Notes under the pieces: model-generated
Database searches by the model: none
What the model saw: the letters and a program-made list of their open reading frames with translations, nothing else
What the model was told of the DNA's origin: nothing
Assembly: GCF_030684315.1 (NCBI RefSeq)
Contig: NC_081404.1
Coordinates: 13,583,140-13,647,139 of the forward strand
From: Stegostoma tigrinum
Taxonomy: Eukaryota
Reading direction: 5' to 3'
DNA length: 64,000 nt
Program-made: the position numbers and the translations under genes
Shown: positions 1-12,879 of the stretch, piece by piece
How the letters are laid out: each line of letters begins with the position of its first letter
Numbering within the stretch: position 1 is the first letter of the stretch

Positions 1-1214
1 TGGCACTAAATGAGAAAAATTACTCATCAGGGTTCTGATTCTGATTGGATTTCTGACTCTCATCGGACTGTCTCGCAGGTGGGTGAGGAACCAGAACACC
101 GATGGGGAACAGAGCTTGAAACTGGCATCTTTAGCCAAGGAGGAGAGACAGTGAGGGACAGAAGGGAAACTTCCATCCGAAACAGAAACCTAGTTTCTTT
201 TTTCACAGATTCTGCCTGACCGGCTGAATGTTTGTCAGCACTCTCTGTTTCAATTTCATATTTCCAATGTCGCTGTTTTTAGCTTTTAGGCAGTAGAATT
301 GATTATTATAACATTCGACATTGGTCAATCAGTAATATTTATGGGTGAAGCTGAACATTCATGAACATGTGCGATGCTGTAACTGTAAAAGTCAGAGAAT
401 TCCATGAAACCCCCAAAAGTATGACTTTGAGCACTGACTTGGTTACATTGCTCAGGTAATATCAGATCCCCACTCGTGAAATAGTGTCAGAAACTGGGGT
501 AAAGGCAGTTTTCAAAGCAACAATAAATATGTGCATTTGAACTTTATTAACACTTAGGATGGTTAGGTATAGCCCAAACTCACCTAACAGCAACACAGAC
601 ACAAAAGTAGTTCATTGTTAACTGAATCATCGACAGATAGTCCAAAGTGCAATGTTCATCTCAAGTGGGCATTTTTCTCTTCCCTGTTTCCATGACTACA
701 TATAATATTTAACCAAATTTTGACTCAATGTGGTGTGGTGATACACATTACTAATAGCCACTCTATATTATTGACATTGTCTTCCCCCAACAACTGGTTA
801 GAGGTTAATAGCTGTGACGTGGGGTGATACAGGGAAAAGAAAAAGTATTAGTCACAATGGTTGTCTGGATGTTAAATATTTAGATCAACATAAATTAATC
901 TAATCTGATTACAGGAAATGACTCTGGTGATTGAAGTAGCAAAAAGAAATCCCACAAATTGAGCGTGCGAGAAGCATCGGTCTCTGAAGCAATAAACCAA
1001 TCTGCTGACTTATATCAATCAGCTTCTCCCATGTTATAAATGGTCTTCCTCCCCCAGATTCTGAGACTGAACACCCCACTCCATTCTGTCTTGGTTAAGG
1101 TTTTCTTTAACATGTCCCTGGCACCACTCTAGTGTTTAGAATCACAAAATGGCTGCAGCGTACAAAGAGACCATTCAGCCGATTGTGTCCATGCTTTCTC
1201 TCACTGCAAAGGAC

Positions 1215-1360
1215 ACCTGAAATTCCCTCCCTAACAGCATGTGGGGTGTACCCACACCCAATGGACTGCAGTGATTCAAGAAGGCAGCTCACCTTCTCAA
1301 GGGCAACTAGAGACAGGAAATAAATGCTGGCCTGGTCGGTGATGCCAAAACCCTGTGTGC
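1215..1360 (+). mobile_element. LINE 3' end (CR1/L2 group; same family at 25530-25950 minus and 44410-44810 plus)
   Basis: Shared text atggactgcag..gttcaagaaggcagctcacc...ttctcaagggcaactag. Confidence 0.65.
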
Positions 1361-3681
1361 AAATTTTAAATAAGCAAAATAAAAAGTTTGAAAACATTTT
1401 TTAAAAGTCACAGCCTCTAGTGCTGCTCTTAGGTCCTGGGCCCTGATCTGATCCCAGCAGGCTCCCTATCACTGAGGGCCTTGTTTATTGCACTCTGATT
1501 GCACTCAGAGTGCCAATATTTAGGAATTGAGGTTAGTGCTCTTACTGAGCAGAGGGAGAAAGTGGAGAAACTAGGCAGAAGAAAGAGATGGAGCAGAAAG
1601 TCTTTCACGGTGAAACACAAAATGAAGTCGGTGCAAACTTTGGATCAATCCTTTTAGCTACATTATGAACGCACCTTCCTTGGCCCTCAAGTGGGAGTTG
1701 AGTCCAAATCTTTTGGCTCAGAGGCAGGGACACTACCCACTGCACCACAAGACCCACCCCCCGACAGTTTTCTCCCATTTCCAAAGGTGGACCACAGTGC
1801 TCCATTGGATTGGTCCACATTTATGGATTGCCATTGCCAATCAAGAAACTCTCTCCTTCTCTCTTACTGTCTGCCATCAGGAGGATTGGAAGGCTTTACA
1901 GATGACAAACAACACGTTTACCCTGTTACAGATGCATTTCTCTTAGTCAATGAGTTTTCACATGAGAACTCAAACCCAAAGCTCCTGACTCAGAGATATA
2001 AGGGCAACATGTTTATTCCACAAGACCTCTGCTGAGTGTCTTTCTTGTTTATTTGAATCAACCCCTGCAGGCATGTATGACACACCTCTGGGGCAAGTTA
2101 GAGTTGAACACAAACATTCTAGTTTAGGGACAAAAACAACTCTAGTGTGTCACAAGGCCTCCCACTATCTCTGTTTGCCTGTGAACCCAGGCCTCAGTCA
2201 AGCAATATCCATCATCTGTATATCCTCAATAATATCATCAATGGCTTAGGGAGGGCATTCCATATTGTTGAGTCTTGGCAGGTCAAGGTATGGCTACCAA
2301 TGGCGATTTGATGAAAATTGGAGATGAGTAAGAAGCTAGAAGATCTCCTTGTAGAGGCTGTATTGTTAGTATTACAATGGAGAGATATGTCAACTTGATT
2401 AGCTAATTCTGCTGTATACTGAATGATGTGCCACTGCTCTCCCCAACTCATCTCATTGACCTCTCTGACTCTGACCTAATCTTCTCTCGCTTTGTCCAAT
2501 TGGTCTGAGAGGTGAAAAAATGGAAAATAAAAACAGTAATACTTGGAAATGAATGTACTGGTCACACTGGAGCCCCATGTGTATACAAGTATACACGATG
2601 AGTTAAGGGCTCTTGTGGTACAGTGATAATGTCAATACCTCTGAATCCGGAGGTCTGGGCTCAAGTTTGACCTGCTCCAGTGATGTGTCATAACATTCCT
2701 GAATAGGTTGATGAGGAAAATACCAATGAGCTGAATCAGACTGTATGTCTTATTCTCCAACAAAAACCTTTGTCGGGTCACCAGACCTGAAATGTTAACT
2801 TTGATTTCTCTTCACAGATGCTGCCAGCCCTGCTGAGCTTTTCCAGCAATTTCTGTTTTTGCTTCTGATTTTCAGCATCAGAAATTCTTTCAGTTTTCGT
2901 CCCATTCTCCAGATGTATTGAATATTTCTTCCTGGGGTGACCGTGTCTCCAAGAACTTACGGCTCAAACTCTGGAATTCCTTTCCTAAAACTTTCTGTTT
3001 CTATAACTTCCTCCAGTGTCTCTCGGGACATCTTTAAACTTCTGCTCACCTGTGCACCGTTCCCAATACCGCCATCTTTGAAGCTTGGTGCCCATTTTTG
3101 TCTAATTGCACCTTTGTGAAGCTCAATGGGGTATTTTCCCTCTGTTAGCGACACTATACCCTTTTAGCATTACCTCATCCCATTTGTGATTTTACACATG
3201 CAAGCTTATTGAAGCAAATATCGGGCGGCAATCAAACACATGAAGCCATTCAAGCCAAGCCCTTAAGTTGTGTACATTGTTAGTTAATTGTTGATGGCTT
3301 GCAGCTCCTGGAGCCTGTCAAACTGGCTTTCCTCCTCACATCAGGGACTCAGTTGCTGGGTAAATCTAGTTGGTTTAACTGTCTTCTAGCCATAGTATAC
3401 CTGACTTAGTTGCAGTGTTGTTCCCACATGGCAGGGGAGTCCATGGAAGGGCAACTGAGACTGGGAAGGGTCAGGAGTGGAGGAGGAGTGCAGAGATCTT
3501 AGAGGGTTATAGGGCTGGAGGAGATTGCTCCCAGAAGAATTAAGAAGCAGGTCCATGGAGGGATTTGAAAACCAGGACCAGAATTTCACTGGCCCGTGGA
3601 TTTCTGTAATCAAAGGCCCGATTAGGGGCCGTTTTGTGGCCCTGTTGGTATGTTGCTGGTGACAGGGGTTGGGTTAGGACA

Positions 3682-4948
3682 AGAAACAGAGTTAACCTTT
3701 GAGCTCGGTGAGTTTTCATCAGAACTGAGAAAAGTCAGAAGCATAATCAGTTTTGAGGAAAATCAGTTTTGAAAATAATTGGTTTTGAGACCAGGCAAAA
3801 GGGAGCAGTAATGGAGCAAGTAAAGAAAGGTGCAAATGGCAGAATAGATGCTGAATTAATGCCCAATAAAACAAAGAGGAAAACCCCTGCCTCAGGAGGA
3901 GGCCACCAGATAAAAGAGAGCAGCCTCCCAGCCGAACCCTGTGGAGGGAGAGGGTGGAGGATTTATTGAACAAATTGAGAGAATGCAGCTCCAAAATTCT
4001 CCCTAGGGGACCGTTGCCCTCCAATTCAGGACCCCATCTTGGCTTTAATGACAGGTTACCAACTCCTGTCTAACACTCAGCATCAGGAATAGGGCACCAC
4101 TCGCTTTGGGCCCCCACTCAAATCCAATGCCCTTCCTTCATATATTTTAATGTTAAACATGCTATTGCTGAAAATGCCAGCTGTGTAGACCACTCACTTT
4201 AGTTGACATTGTCACATGGGAATGTATTTTTAAACACCTCAGTGTCAGAAGTGCTTTTCAAAAAGTAACATTCTCATTTCCCTTGCTGCATGGGTACCTT
4301 TCTTTCGATGCCTCCATCTGGCCTTTGTGGACCCCTCGAATCGGATTAGATTCCCTACAGTGTGGAAACAGGCCCTTCGGCCCAACAAATTCACACTGAC
4401 CCTTGAAGCATCCCACCCAAACCCCTCCCCCTATAACCCACACACCCCTGAACACTACGGGCAACTTAGCATGGCCAATTCACCTAGCCTGCACATCATT
4501 GGACTGTGGGAGGAAACCCGCGCAGGCAGGGGGAGAATGTGCAAACTCCACACAGACAGTTACCCGAGACTGGTATTGAACCCGCGTCCCTGGCGCTGTG
4601 AGGCTGCAGTGCTACCCACTGAGCCACAGGCCTTTGACTTCAGTTTGGCCAAACCCTGTGAGTTCACACACAGATAAGAGCTGATCCATGCAACAGCCAG
4701 AGAAATGAGAGCAAACACATCTCAACAGGTCTGGCAGCCTCTGCAGAGAGAGAAACAGAGTTAACCTTTGAGCTCGATGAGTTTTCATCAGAACTGAGAA
4801 AAGTCAGAAGCATAATCAGTTTTGAGGAAAATCAGTGAAAATAGTCGGTTTTGAGACCAGGCAAAAGGGAGCGGTAATGGAGCAAGTAAAGAAAGGTGCA
4901 AATGGCAGAATAGATGCTGAATTAATGCCCAATAAAGCAAAGAGGAAA
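3682..4948 (+). repeat. Direct duplication of about 200 bp (3682-3882 and 4751-4948)
   Basis: Near-identical text agaaacagagttaacctttgagctc...gcccaataaa.caaagaggaaa. Confidence 0.92.
4345..4630 (-). mobile_element. HE1-like V-SINE
   Basis: Reverse complement of the tRNA-type head plus the V-domain ctgtgtggagtttgcacattctccc. Confidence 0.85.
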
Positions 4949-5360
4949 GCAACCAAACCAGCAAAGAAACACAAAGCCAGAGCAGGCAGGGGTTCCAAAC
5001 TAAAATAGTTCTGCAAGTTGGGTCCAGAAGGCCATAAAGTGTCACATTGAAAGGTGAGGTGCCATTCCTTGAACTTTGTGCTGAGTTCCGCTGGAACCAC
5101 ATTGGAGGCTGAATACGGAGAATGAAAGTAACAGGTTACTGGTAGCCCTGGTATCTCACTTGTGGATTGAACAGAGATGTTCCACAGAACAGTCAACTGA
5201 TCCACATTCAGTGTCCGCAATGTGAAACAGACAACTTTGTGAGCAGCAAATCCTACTTTGAAAGAAGTGCAAATCAATCACTGTTTCCACAGGAAGGAGT
5301 GTTTGAAGATTCGCATGGTGTGAAGGGGTTGTGGGGGGAGGTGGTGGTAAAAGGGCAGGT
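4710..5360 (-). mobile_element. Degenerate Penelope-like element remnant
   Basis: Terminal repeat text (caggtctggcagc..ctgcagagagagaaacagagttaac) and decayed similarity to the GIY-YIG C-terminus at 8419-9045. Confidence 0.55.
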
Positions 5361-6039
5361 TAAACATTTGGATTGGACATGGTGCAGCAGGTTTGAGAGC
5401 TTGGAAAGGGCATGAAAGGTTTCAGTGTGGAAGTATTAATGTGGCAGGCTGATTGAAGAGGTCAAACAAGGCAAAATAATATCAACCATGATGTGAGATA
5501 TCCAAAAAGTGGGGAAAATCTCCTCTTCAGTCTGAATCTCAGGGTATTTACATTAGATGTAAATCAGAGTGAACAGAACTGGAAAATTGGAATCGTTGGG
5601 TATTGTGAGAATTATGCAAACAATAACTGAACAGTGTCTGCGACCGATTCAAGATTAGCGGTGAAAGGTTTCTCTTTTGAAAACCTTCGAGTGGCCAGTG
5701 GTGCTTGAACCTACAAGCGTTTGGCTCAAATCTAAGAGTACTTCTAAGTGAGCCAACTGAAATGATAAAAAAGGAGATAAAGGTGAAATATTACTAATAT
5801 TTAAAGGATGTACATCTTCTGTAACAAAACCTTCCATGGTATTTACCCTCCAAAATCTACTTTACGCATAAAATGGGTAAAGGTGCATTTTGTAAAGTGT
5901 AACAGAGATCAGTTTCTATAGTTACAGTCCATGAGGTGCTTCTTTACACTTATCATTCCAAGTGACCAGTATTTGACAATGTACACATGTACATTTTGTG
6001 TCAAACATTCTATGGTGTATACAGGCTGAGAGACTTTAC

Positions 6040-6420
6040 ACACGTCCCTAAACCTTGATGCATTATGGCTGAAAAACCTTTGATACTGGCCTTTCCCCAT
6101 TGGACACATTTTCCATTGACCAAGATTTTAGCATTTGCTGTCATTGCAGTTGCCTCAAACTTCAGTGTATCCTCAGCATGTAGTCCTGGACCTTGGAATG
6201 TGCCAGTCTGCGACACTAAGTCATCAATGGCTCTTTACACCAGGAGACCAAGCTTTGGGCAAACTAAAGACTGTTTTTCACCAAGCTAATGATCGTCCAA
6301 CACAGTTGATGTTTGACTCGGTGTGAGTCGTTGGGATTAGCCCATGGAACACCAGACTCCTGTGTCGTGGAGCAGCTTAGACTTAACCTCGACAGAAATC
6401 CACTGCATCTCTCTTCTTTT
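6040..6420 (-). mobile_element. Tx1/L1-clade LINE 3' fragment
   Basis: Reverse complement aligns with 33400-33750 (cacattccaaggtccagga.ta..tgctgagg). Confidence 0.7.
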
Positions 6421-6892
6421 GCGAAGCCCTGAAGGAGGTGGGCGACAGTCTTCTCTCAACTACATGGCTGCCAAATTAAGCTTTCACAACTTTGCTCCGT
6501 GATTCCAGCTGCCCCAAACTGCCACCTTGTTTTATTTGCATGGGAATGTTTACATATCAATGCATGCACACACATTACAGGGAACTGATGTTTCCGAATA
6601 GATGCAGTCAAGGGGAAGATGAACATTATGGTGACGGATCAACAAATGCATCACCAACTGTGGTAACTGTAACTAACCGAAAAGGCTAATTCCAAAGCCA
6701 TTGCAATTTTTGGCAAAGGAAGTCCTGACAAGTGTAAATTGGTAAAGGTTCCCAGATGAACAATAGAAGTTGAAGAACCATTGATGGACTGCATTTTGTA
6801 CCTAGGTCTCACTGTTAAGAGTATTATCTCCAAAACTAAATAAGGTATTTTGAATCACTAGTCAGAAAAATACAAATGTCTCTTTAACATCT

Positions 6893-7255
6893 GGGCAGCA
6901 GGGTGGCTGAGTGGTTAGCACTGCTGTCTTACTGTGCCAGGGACCCGGGTTCAATTCCGCACCCGGGTGACTGTCTGTGTGGAGTTTGCTTGTTCTCCCT
7001 CTGCCTGTGTGGTTTTCCTCCAGGTGCTCTGGTTTCCTCCCACAGTCCAAAGATGTGCAGGTTAGGGTGGATTGGCCAGGCTAAATTGCCCCATAGTGTC
7101 CATGGATATGCAGGCTAGGTGGGTTAGCCATAGGAAATGCAGGGTTACAGGGATAGGGTAGGGGGATGGATCTGGTTGGGATGTTCTTCAGAGTGTCATT
7201 GTGGACTCAAGGGGCTGAATGCCCTGCTTCCATATTGTAAGGATTCTATGATTCT
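6893..7255 (+). mobile_element. HE1-like V-SINE, near full length
   Basis: A box TGGCTGAGTGG, B box GGTTCAATTCC, V-domain, and CR1/HER1-type tail ending attctatgattcta. Confidence 0.9.
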
Positions 7256-8063
7256 AATCTGCTCATGAGCAAAACTTCCTTTACCTGATTAGCTGTTTGA
7301 AAATTTGAGAAGATATTAATGATTTTCATCAAACTGTATTATAGGAACCAGGAGAAGAAAGTGGGGCACACCCAAAACTTTTTGAAGGCTGATATTGGGG
7401 ATCAGCTTTGAATGTATTTGCTTTCCGACCCTGTTACTGTTTGCAACTTCTAAAGACTGTAAAGGAATGAAATGAGGTGTGAACTGTACAACAGGAGCAA
7501 GTGCTGCATGAGAGGAGTTTTTATTTCAAACCAGCAATCCTCCCTTCATTCTATGACTGTTGTAAAACAAGAAGCTGCAATATGATTTTTTCTTCTGATA
7601 TGTCTAGAGTTATCCTTTAAGCCTTTGCCCTTCACGAGATATTAACAATGCAGCCGGAGAAAGCTACAAGCCCCAGTTTCCAGGAGCTTTGAAAGCCGAG
7701 AGTCAGTTCTATTGTACTTTCACTGGACACATTTTCCATCGACCAAGATTTTAGCATTTGCTGTCATTGTTTCTCTAACTGATTGTAAATTCTACACATG
7801 CACAGATAAACACTTCTCCCAAAGATGCAGTGTTGAGGGGGTAGCATGGTTTCTCAGTGGGTACCACGGCTGCCTTGCAGTGCCAGGGACCTGGGTTCGA
7901 TACCAGCCTGAGGTACTGTCTGTGTGGAGTTTGCACATTCTCCCTGTGTCTGTGTGGGTTTCCCTTGGGCGCTCCGCTTTCCTCCCACAGTCCAAAGATG
8001 TGCAGGATAAGTGGATTGGCTATACTTAAATTACCCAGAGTGTCTAGGATGGGAAATGCAGGG

Positions 8064-9135
8064 ATAATGGGAACTGCAGAGGCTGGAGAATCCAAGATAA
8101 CAAAGTGTGAGGCTGAATGAACACAGCAGGCCAAACAGCATCAGAGGAGCACAAAAGCTGACGTTTCGGGCCTAGACCCTTCATCAGAGAGGGGGATGGG
8201 GTGAGGGTTCTGGAATAAATAGGGAGGGAGGGAGGGGGAGGTGGACCGAAGATGGAGAGAAAAGAAGATAGGTGGAGAGGAGAGTATAGGTGGGGAGGTA
8301 GGGAGGGGATAGGTCAGTCCAGGGAAGACGGACAGGTCAAGGAGGTGGGATGAGGTTAGTAGGTAGCTGGGGGTGCGGCTTGGGGTGGGAGGAAGGGATG
8401 GGCGAGAGGAAGAACAGGTTAGGGAGGCAGAGACAGGCTGGGCTGGCTTTGGGATGCAGTGGGGGGAGGAGATGAGCTGGGCTGGTTGTGTGATGCAGTG
8501 GGGGGAGGGGATGAACTGGGCTGGTTTTGGGATGCGGTGGGGGAAGGGGAGATTTTGAAGCTGGTGAAGTCCACATTGATACCATTGGGCTGCAGGGTTG
8601 CCAAGCGGAATATGAGTTGCTGTTCCTGCAACCTTCGAGTGGCATCATTGTGGCAGTGCAGGAGGCCCATGATGGACATGTCATCAAGAGAATGGGAGGG
8701 GGAGTTGAAATGGTTTGCGACTGGGAGGTGCAGTTGTTTGTTGTGAACCGAGCGGAGGTGTTCTGCAAAGCGGTCCCCAAGCCTCCGCTTGGTTTCCCCA
8801 ATGTAGAGGAAGCCACACTGGGTACAATGGATACAGTATACCACATTGGCAGGTGTGCAGGTGAGCCTCTGCTTAATGTGGAAAGTCATCTTGGGGCCTG
8901 GGATGGGGGTGAGGGAGGAGGTGTGGGTGCAAGTGTAGCATTTCCTGCGGTTGCAGGGGAAGGTGCCGGGTGTGATGGGGTTTGAGGGCAGTGTGGAGCG
9001 AACAAGGGAGTCACGGAGAGAGTGGTCTGTCTGGAAAGCAGACAAGGGTGGGGATGGAAAAATGTCTTGGGTGGGGTTGGATTGTAGATGGCGGAAGTGT
9101 CAGAGGATGATGTGTTGTATCTGGAGGTTGGTGGG
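8064..9135 (-). mobile_element. Penelope-like element 3' fragment with open GIY-YIG endonuclease domain (ORF 8419-9045) and pLTR
   Basis: NVVYCIHCTQCGFLYIGETKRRLGDRFAEH...VANHFN...EQQLIFRLATLQPNGIN; pLTR containing a hammerhead core. Confidence 0.9.
8160..8187 (-). ncRNA. Minimal type I hammerhead ribozyme motif in Penelope pLTR
   Basis: CTGATGA-aGGGtctaggCCC-GAAAC-GTC on the minus strand. Confidence 0.65.
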
Positions 9136-9669
9136 GTGTTGGTCTGGGTGGGATGCTCTCTCGAGGTTCAGTGTGGACTCGATGGCCTAGTTTCACACTG
9201 TAGGATTCTATGAGATCCCTCCCAAGGCAATTGGAAGTCACTAAACTGACATGATCTCTTATACTCTTTGTCCTGCTGTAAAAGCCCTTGAAAATATTGC
9301 ATCTTGTTGACTCTAATTCAGTTTTTAAACAACATGTTAAATCTTAATTACTGCTAACCAACTTAACTGGCCCAGAAAGAATATTTTTATACTTGTCAAA
9401 CATCAAATTTCTGTGTTATGTCAACAATTTATTTTTTTAAGTTTCTTTCTGACATTTAAGCTTTTAACACAATTCTATATTATATCCCAAACATTTCTCT
9501 CACTATCCGTAAAATTTTTAAAAATGCAGAAGGGAAAGATCTCAGTGGTTTTTAACCTCTTAGCTCTGCAACTGCTATCTGTGTGAATACTGGCTTTGAT
9601 TCTTGACACCACTGCTGCTGGATTTGTCACTAGATTCAAACTGAAATGCCACAGAGGCTGCAAGATCAT

Positions 9670-10130
9670 TAGAATGGAATAGAACCCCAGCAGTGTGGAA
9701 ACAGGCCCTTTGGCCCAACAAGTCCACACCAACCCTCAGAGCACCTCACCAAGACCCATCACCCTAATCTGCACATCCCTGAACACTATGGGCAATTTAG
9801 CATGGCCAGCGAGTTTTGAGAAGATTTGTAGCTCAGGTTGAGGTTCGGGATGTAAGTTTGCTCGCTGAGCTGGAAGGTTCATTTTCAGACATTTTGTCAC
9901 CATTCTAGGTAACATCATCAGTGAGCCTCCGACGAAGCGCTGGTGTTATGTTCCGCTTTCTATTTATGAGTTAGCATGGCCAATTCACCTAACCTGCATG
10001 TTTTTGGATTGTGAGAAGAAACCCATGCAGGCACAGGGAGAACTCCACTCAGACAGTTGGCCAAGGCTAGAACTGAACCCTGGTCCCCGGCACTGTGAGG
10101 CAGCACTGCTAACCACTGAGCCACTGCGCT
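9670..10130 (-). mobile_element. HE1-like SINE interrupted by a Penelope pLTR fragment (9809-9970) with 12-bp TSD
   Basis: TSD ttagcatggcca at 9797-9808 and 9971-9982; the insert resembles 46216-46380. Confidence 0.85.
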
Positions 10131-12879
10131 GCTCCTTAACTGTGGGAAGCTTTCTTCCACATCAACTGTGAGCACCATTGCAGGCCACCACATACTGGGT
10201 GCAGGCAGTAAAACTAACATGAGCAACTTTGCAAGCCAGTGCTGCACAAATAGTTTAAGATTTTGTTAGCTGGAGCCTGCAAACTTATGATGATGGCTTA
10301 TTAAGTGCCTTGTATCTATTTTAGCAAATAGGATTGTGATAATTCTCAACCCATAAAGACCTTTGTTCACAGTACACACCTAATTCATCTTCTCTAACAG
10401 GTGTGATATTGACAGAAAATTTCCTACAAAGCCAGCTTTCACTTTTATCCATTGTCCTGCCTATGGTCCTAGTCACAAAAATTCTTCATGTCAATTCTAA
10501 TTGCCTCCTATAATCAAAGGAAATGCATTCTAATATTGGACCCTTCCCTTTCTTTCCCCCACCCATTACAATGCCCCAAATAGCCCTGTTTATCCAATAT
10601 TCACACCCCAAAGTGAGAGCCAAAGTGCACAGTGAGTAATGCAGTGGGGGAGTTTAAATTGATTTACTGATTGTCAGTCTTTTGCATGCAAGGTCGTAAC
10701 TTGTGCAATTAAACAAGGCAATAACACAGGAGCTTATCACTCTCCTTTTGCATGGCTGTTGTGCCACACCCTACCCTTCCCTTTTCAGTTTGCATTGCTA
10801 TCAGTCATTCCTTCAGCAAAGCTTACATAGGACTGTCTGTTTAGTGGGCTGAGACATACTTCCCTGTGATGCCTGCATGGGTGGGGAGGAACAGGCGTGG
10901 CAGAGTTCAAAGCCAGCTCAGATGATGGTGAGAGAAGAATCGCCTCCGCCCCTGCCACCTCCCCATATGTGAACTAGGTTTGAGCAATCTGAGTCCAATC
11001 GAGAATGGCCACATGCTTGCCTTTGTATGGCTCCTTAACATATCCTGCCTGAGTGATTCCCAAGATGCTTGACACATCTTGAAGTGTTTTCTGTCAAGGT
11101 GTGGGCCAGTCATTTTGAACATGTCAAGGTCTGACAAACAGCACTGAAAGAAGATTCAGCCCAGGGAGGTTGACTGAAGGAGGAAGGTATAGGGCCCCAG
11201 CAAAGGTTTTCAAGCTTTGAACATCCAGCATCCCTCTGAGCCACCAGAACAGGCAGATTGGGCCTCGGATTGATATCTCATCTTGAACAGCATGTGACAC
11301 TCCCTCAGAACTGCACAAATGTGTCAGTCTTGATTGTATGGAGAGGAGGTTAAACTCCCTGGCTCTAGAAATTCTGAAACATTTCTTTTTATGTTGTTTA
11401 GGACCTTGGCCATGCCCCTCTGCACTGCGCATCGCAATGCCACATTGACCAGCCAGAGGCGGTGAACTCCATGCCTTATGGCTGTGGCAGCAGCAGCATA
11501 TCTCCTTCACAGCCTCCTGAAGCCACTGCTCATCTGTGAATTGAGATAGCAGAGGCACCCTCTTGTAGCTCCTCTGTGGGTAAAACCTTGTGCCATCCTG
11601 CCCTTCTGGCAGTTGCTCTTGCTTTGCTGCATCTTTCACACTCGCAGCCATGTTTCTGTCCCAGAGTTAGCCCTACAAGGTCAGCCATCCGTGCGGGAAG
11701 TTGAGATTTGACAAGAGCGCAAGACTGCTCTCTGGGGATTCATTAAAATTGCAGTGGATGTAGAATTAAATCAAAAGGTACGTAAGTCATATTGCAGCCA
11801 AAAAAAATATATAATACATGTAACTCCTGCATGAAGTCTTTAAACAGGTTGCGGCAGTTTGTTGTCAGGAGCAAGGCCAGTGCAAGGCAGACTATTGAAT
11901 CGGGCTTTCAGAAATGACAGGGATTGTACATAGGTCTGTTACATAACTGATAAGTGCAAATGCTAAAGCCTGTGCCAGGCTGGTTGTATGAGCATTCTGG
12001 AAGCCATTTTCCCAGCTCAGGTGGCAAAGTGGTGCCCAATAAACAGGTACCATGTGGCCAGATTTAACCCTAATGCCTTCAAACTCTATATTGAAGCTCA
12101 AGCATTTTCACTCGGACAGGAGAGTGATGCCAGTCAAGTGCAAAAGGTTCAATGTCCCTTACATGGAAAGCAGGAAGGTACACACTGGGATGCAAGGGGA
12201 CATTGTTGAGAGACAACTGTCTATGCTCCAGCTAACCTGGGCATGTGCTACAATTATTTTTAATCAATCAAGCTGTTTGAGCATGTTATGACATTCCTTG
12301 GGAGCAGGCGTGACTTGAATGTGGACATTTTCCTCTCGGGTGGTGTGTTTAATGCTAACGTAAGGGTTCAATTTTGAGGCACTGACATCACTGAGAAAAC
12401 GTTTTTTCAAATATACCCTGAGCCTTCAAGGCACAATAAGTGAGAAAGTAGATTGTGATGGAGGTGCTTCCCAAAGATGGAAGAGGTATTAGGTTTCTCA
12501 CAATATTGCAGAAATGGTACAGGTCTTATTGCCGGCAACCAAGGTCATTTGTCATAAAAGAAACAAATCAAGTCACATTAGGTGGTTTAGCATAGGTCTG
12601 GGTTTAACAGGATTAGCTGCTCTGCTCATGGAGTCACCCAATAAAAATGAAACACATTTCTTTCAGTCTAGTCATGATATGCACTTATTAATAGCTTTCA
12701 GGCACACATGCTTCATTTATTTTGTATGTTTTCACATTGTTAACATTTATTGAGAGTTAGCTGATGAGTATTGGTCACGTTTGTTGTGAATGCTGCTCAA
12801 GAGGTCCTCCATTCTAACTGAGATGAATTTTGTCAAGCTGACTTCGTGCTCAGATGATGCAACATATCAACACCTTGAT

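Larger units (their letters stand above)
7840..9212 (+). mobile_element. HE1-like SINE split by a Penelope insertion (about 7840-8063 and 9135-9212)
   Basis: SINE body stops at gggaaatgcaggg and resumes at ggtctgggtgggatgctc...ggattctatga. Confidence 0.8.

Noticed and set aside
6893-6965. tRNA gene
   Set aside because: The A and B boxes belong to the tRNA-derived head of an HE1 SINE that continues into the V-domain and LINE tail.
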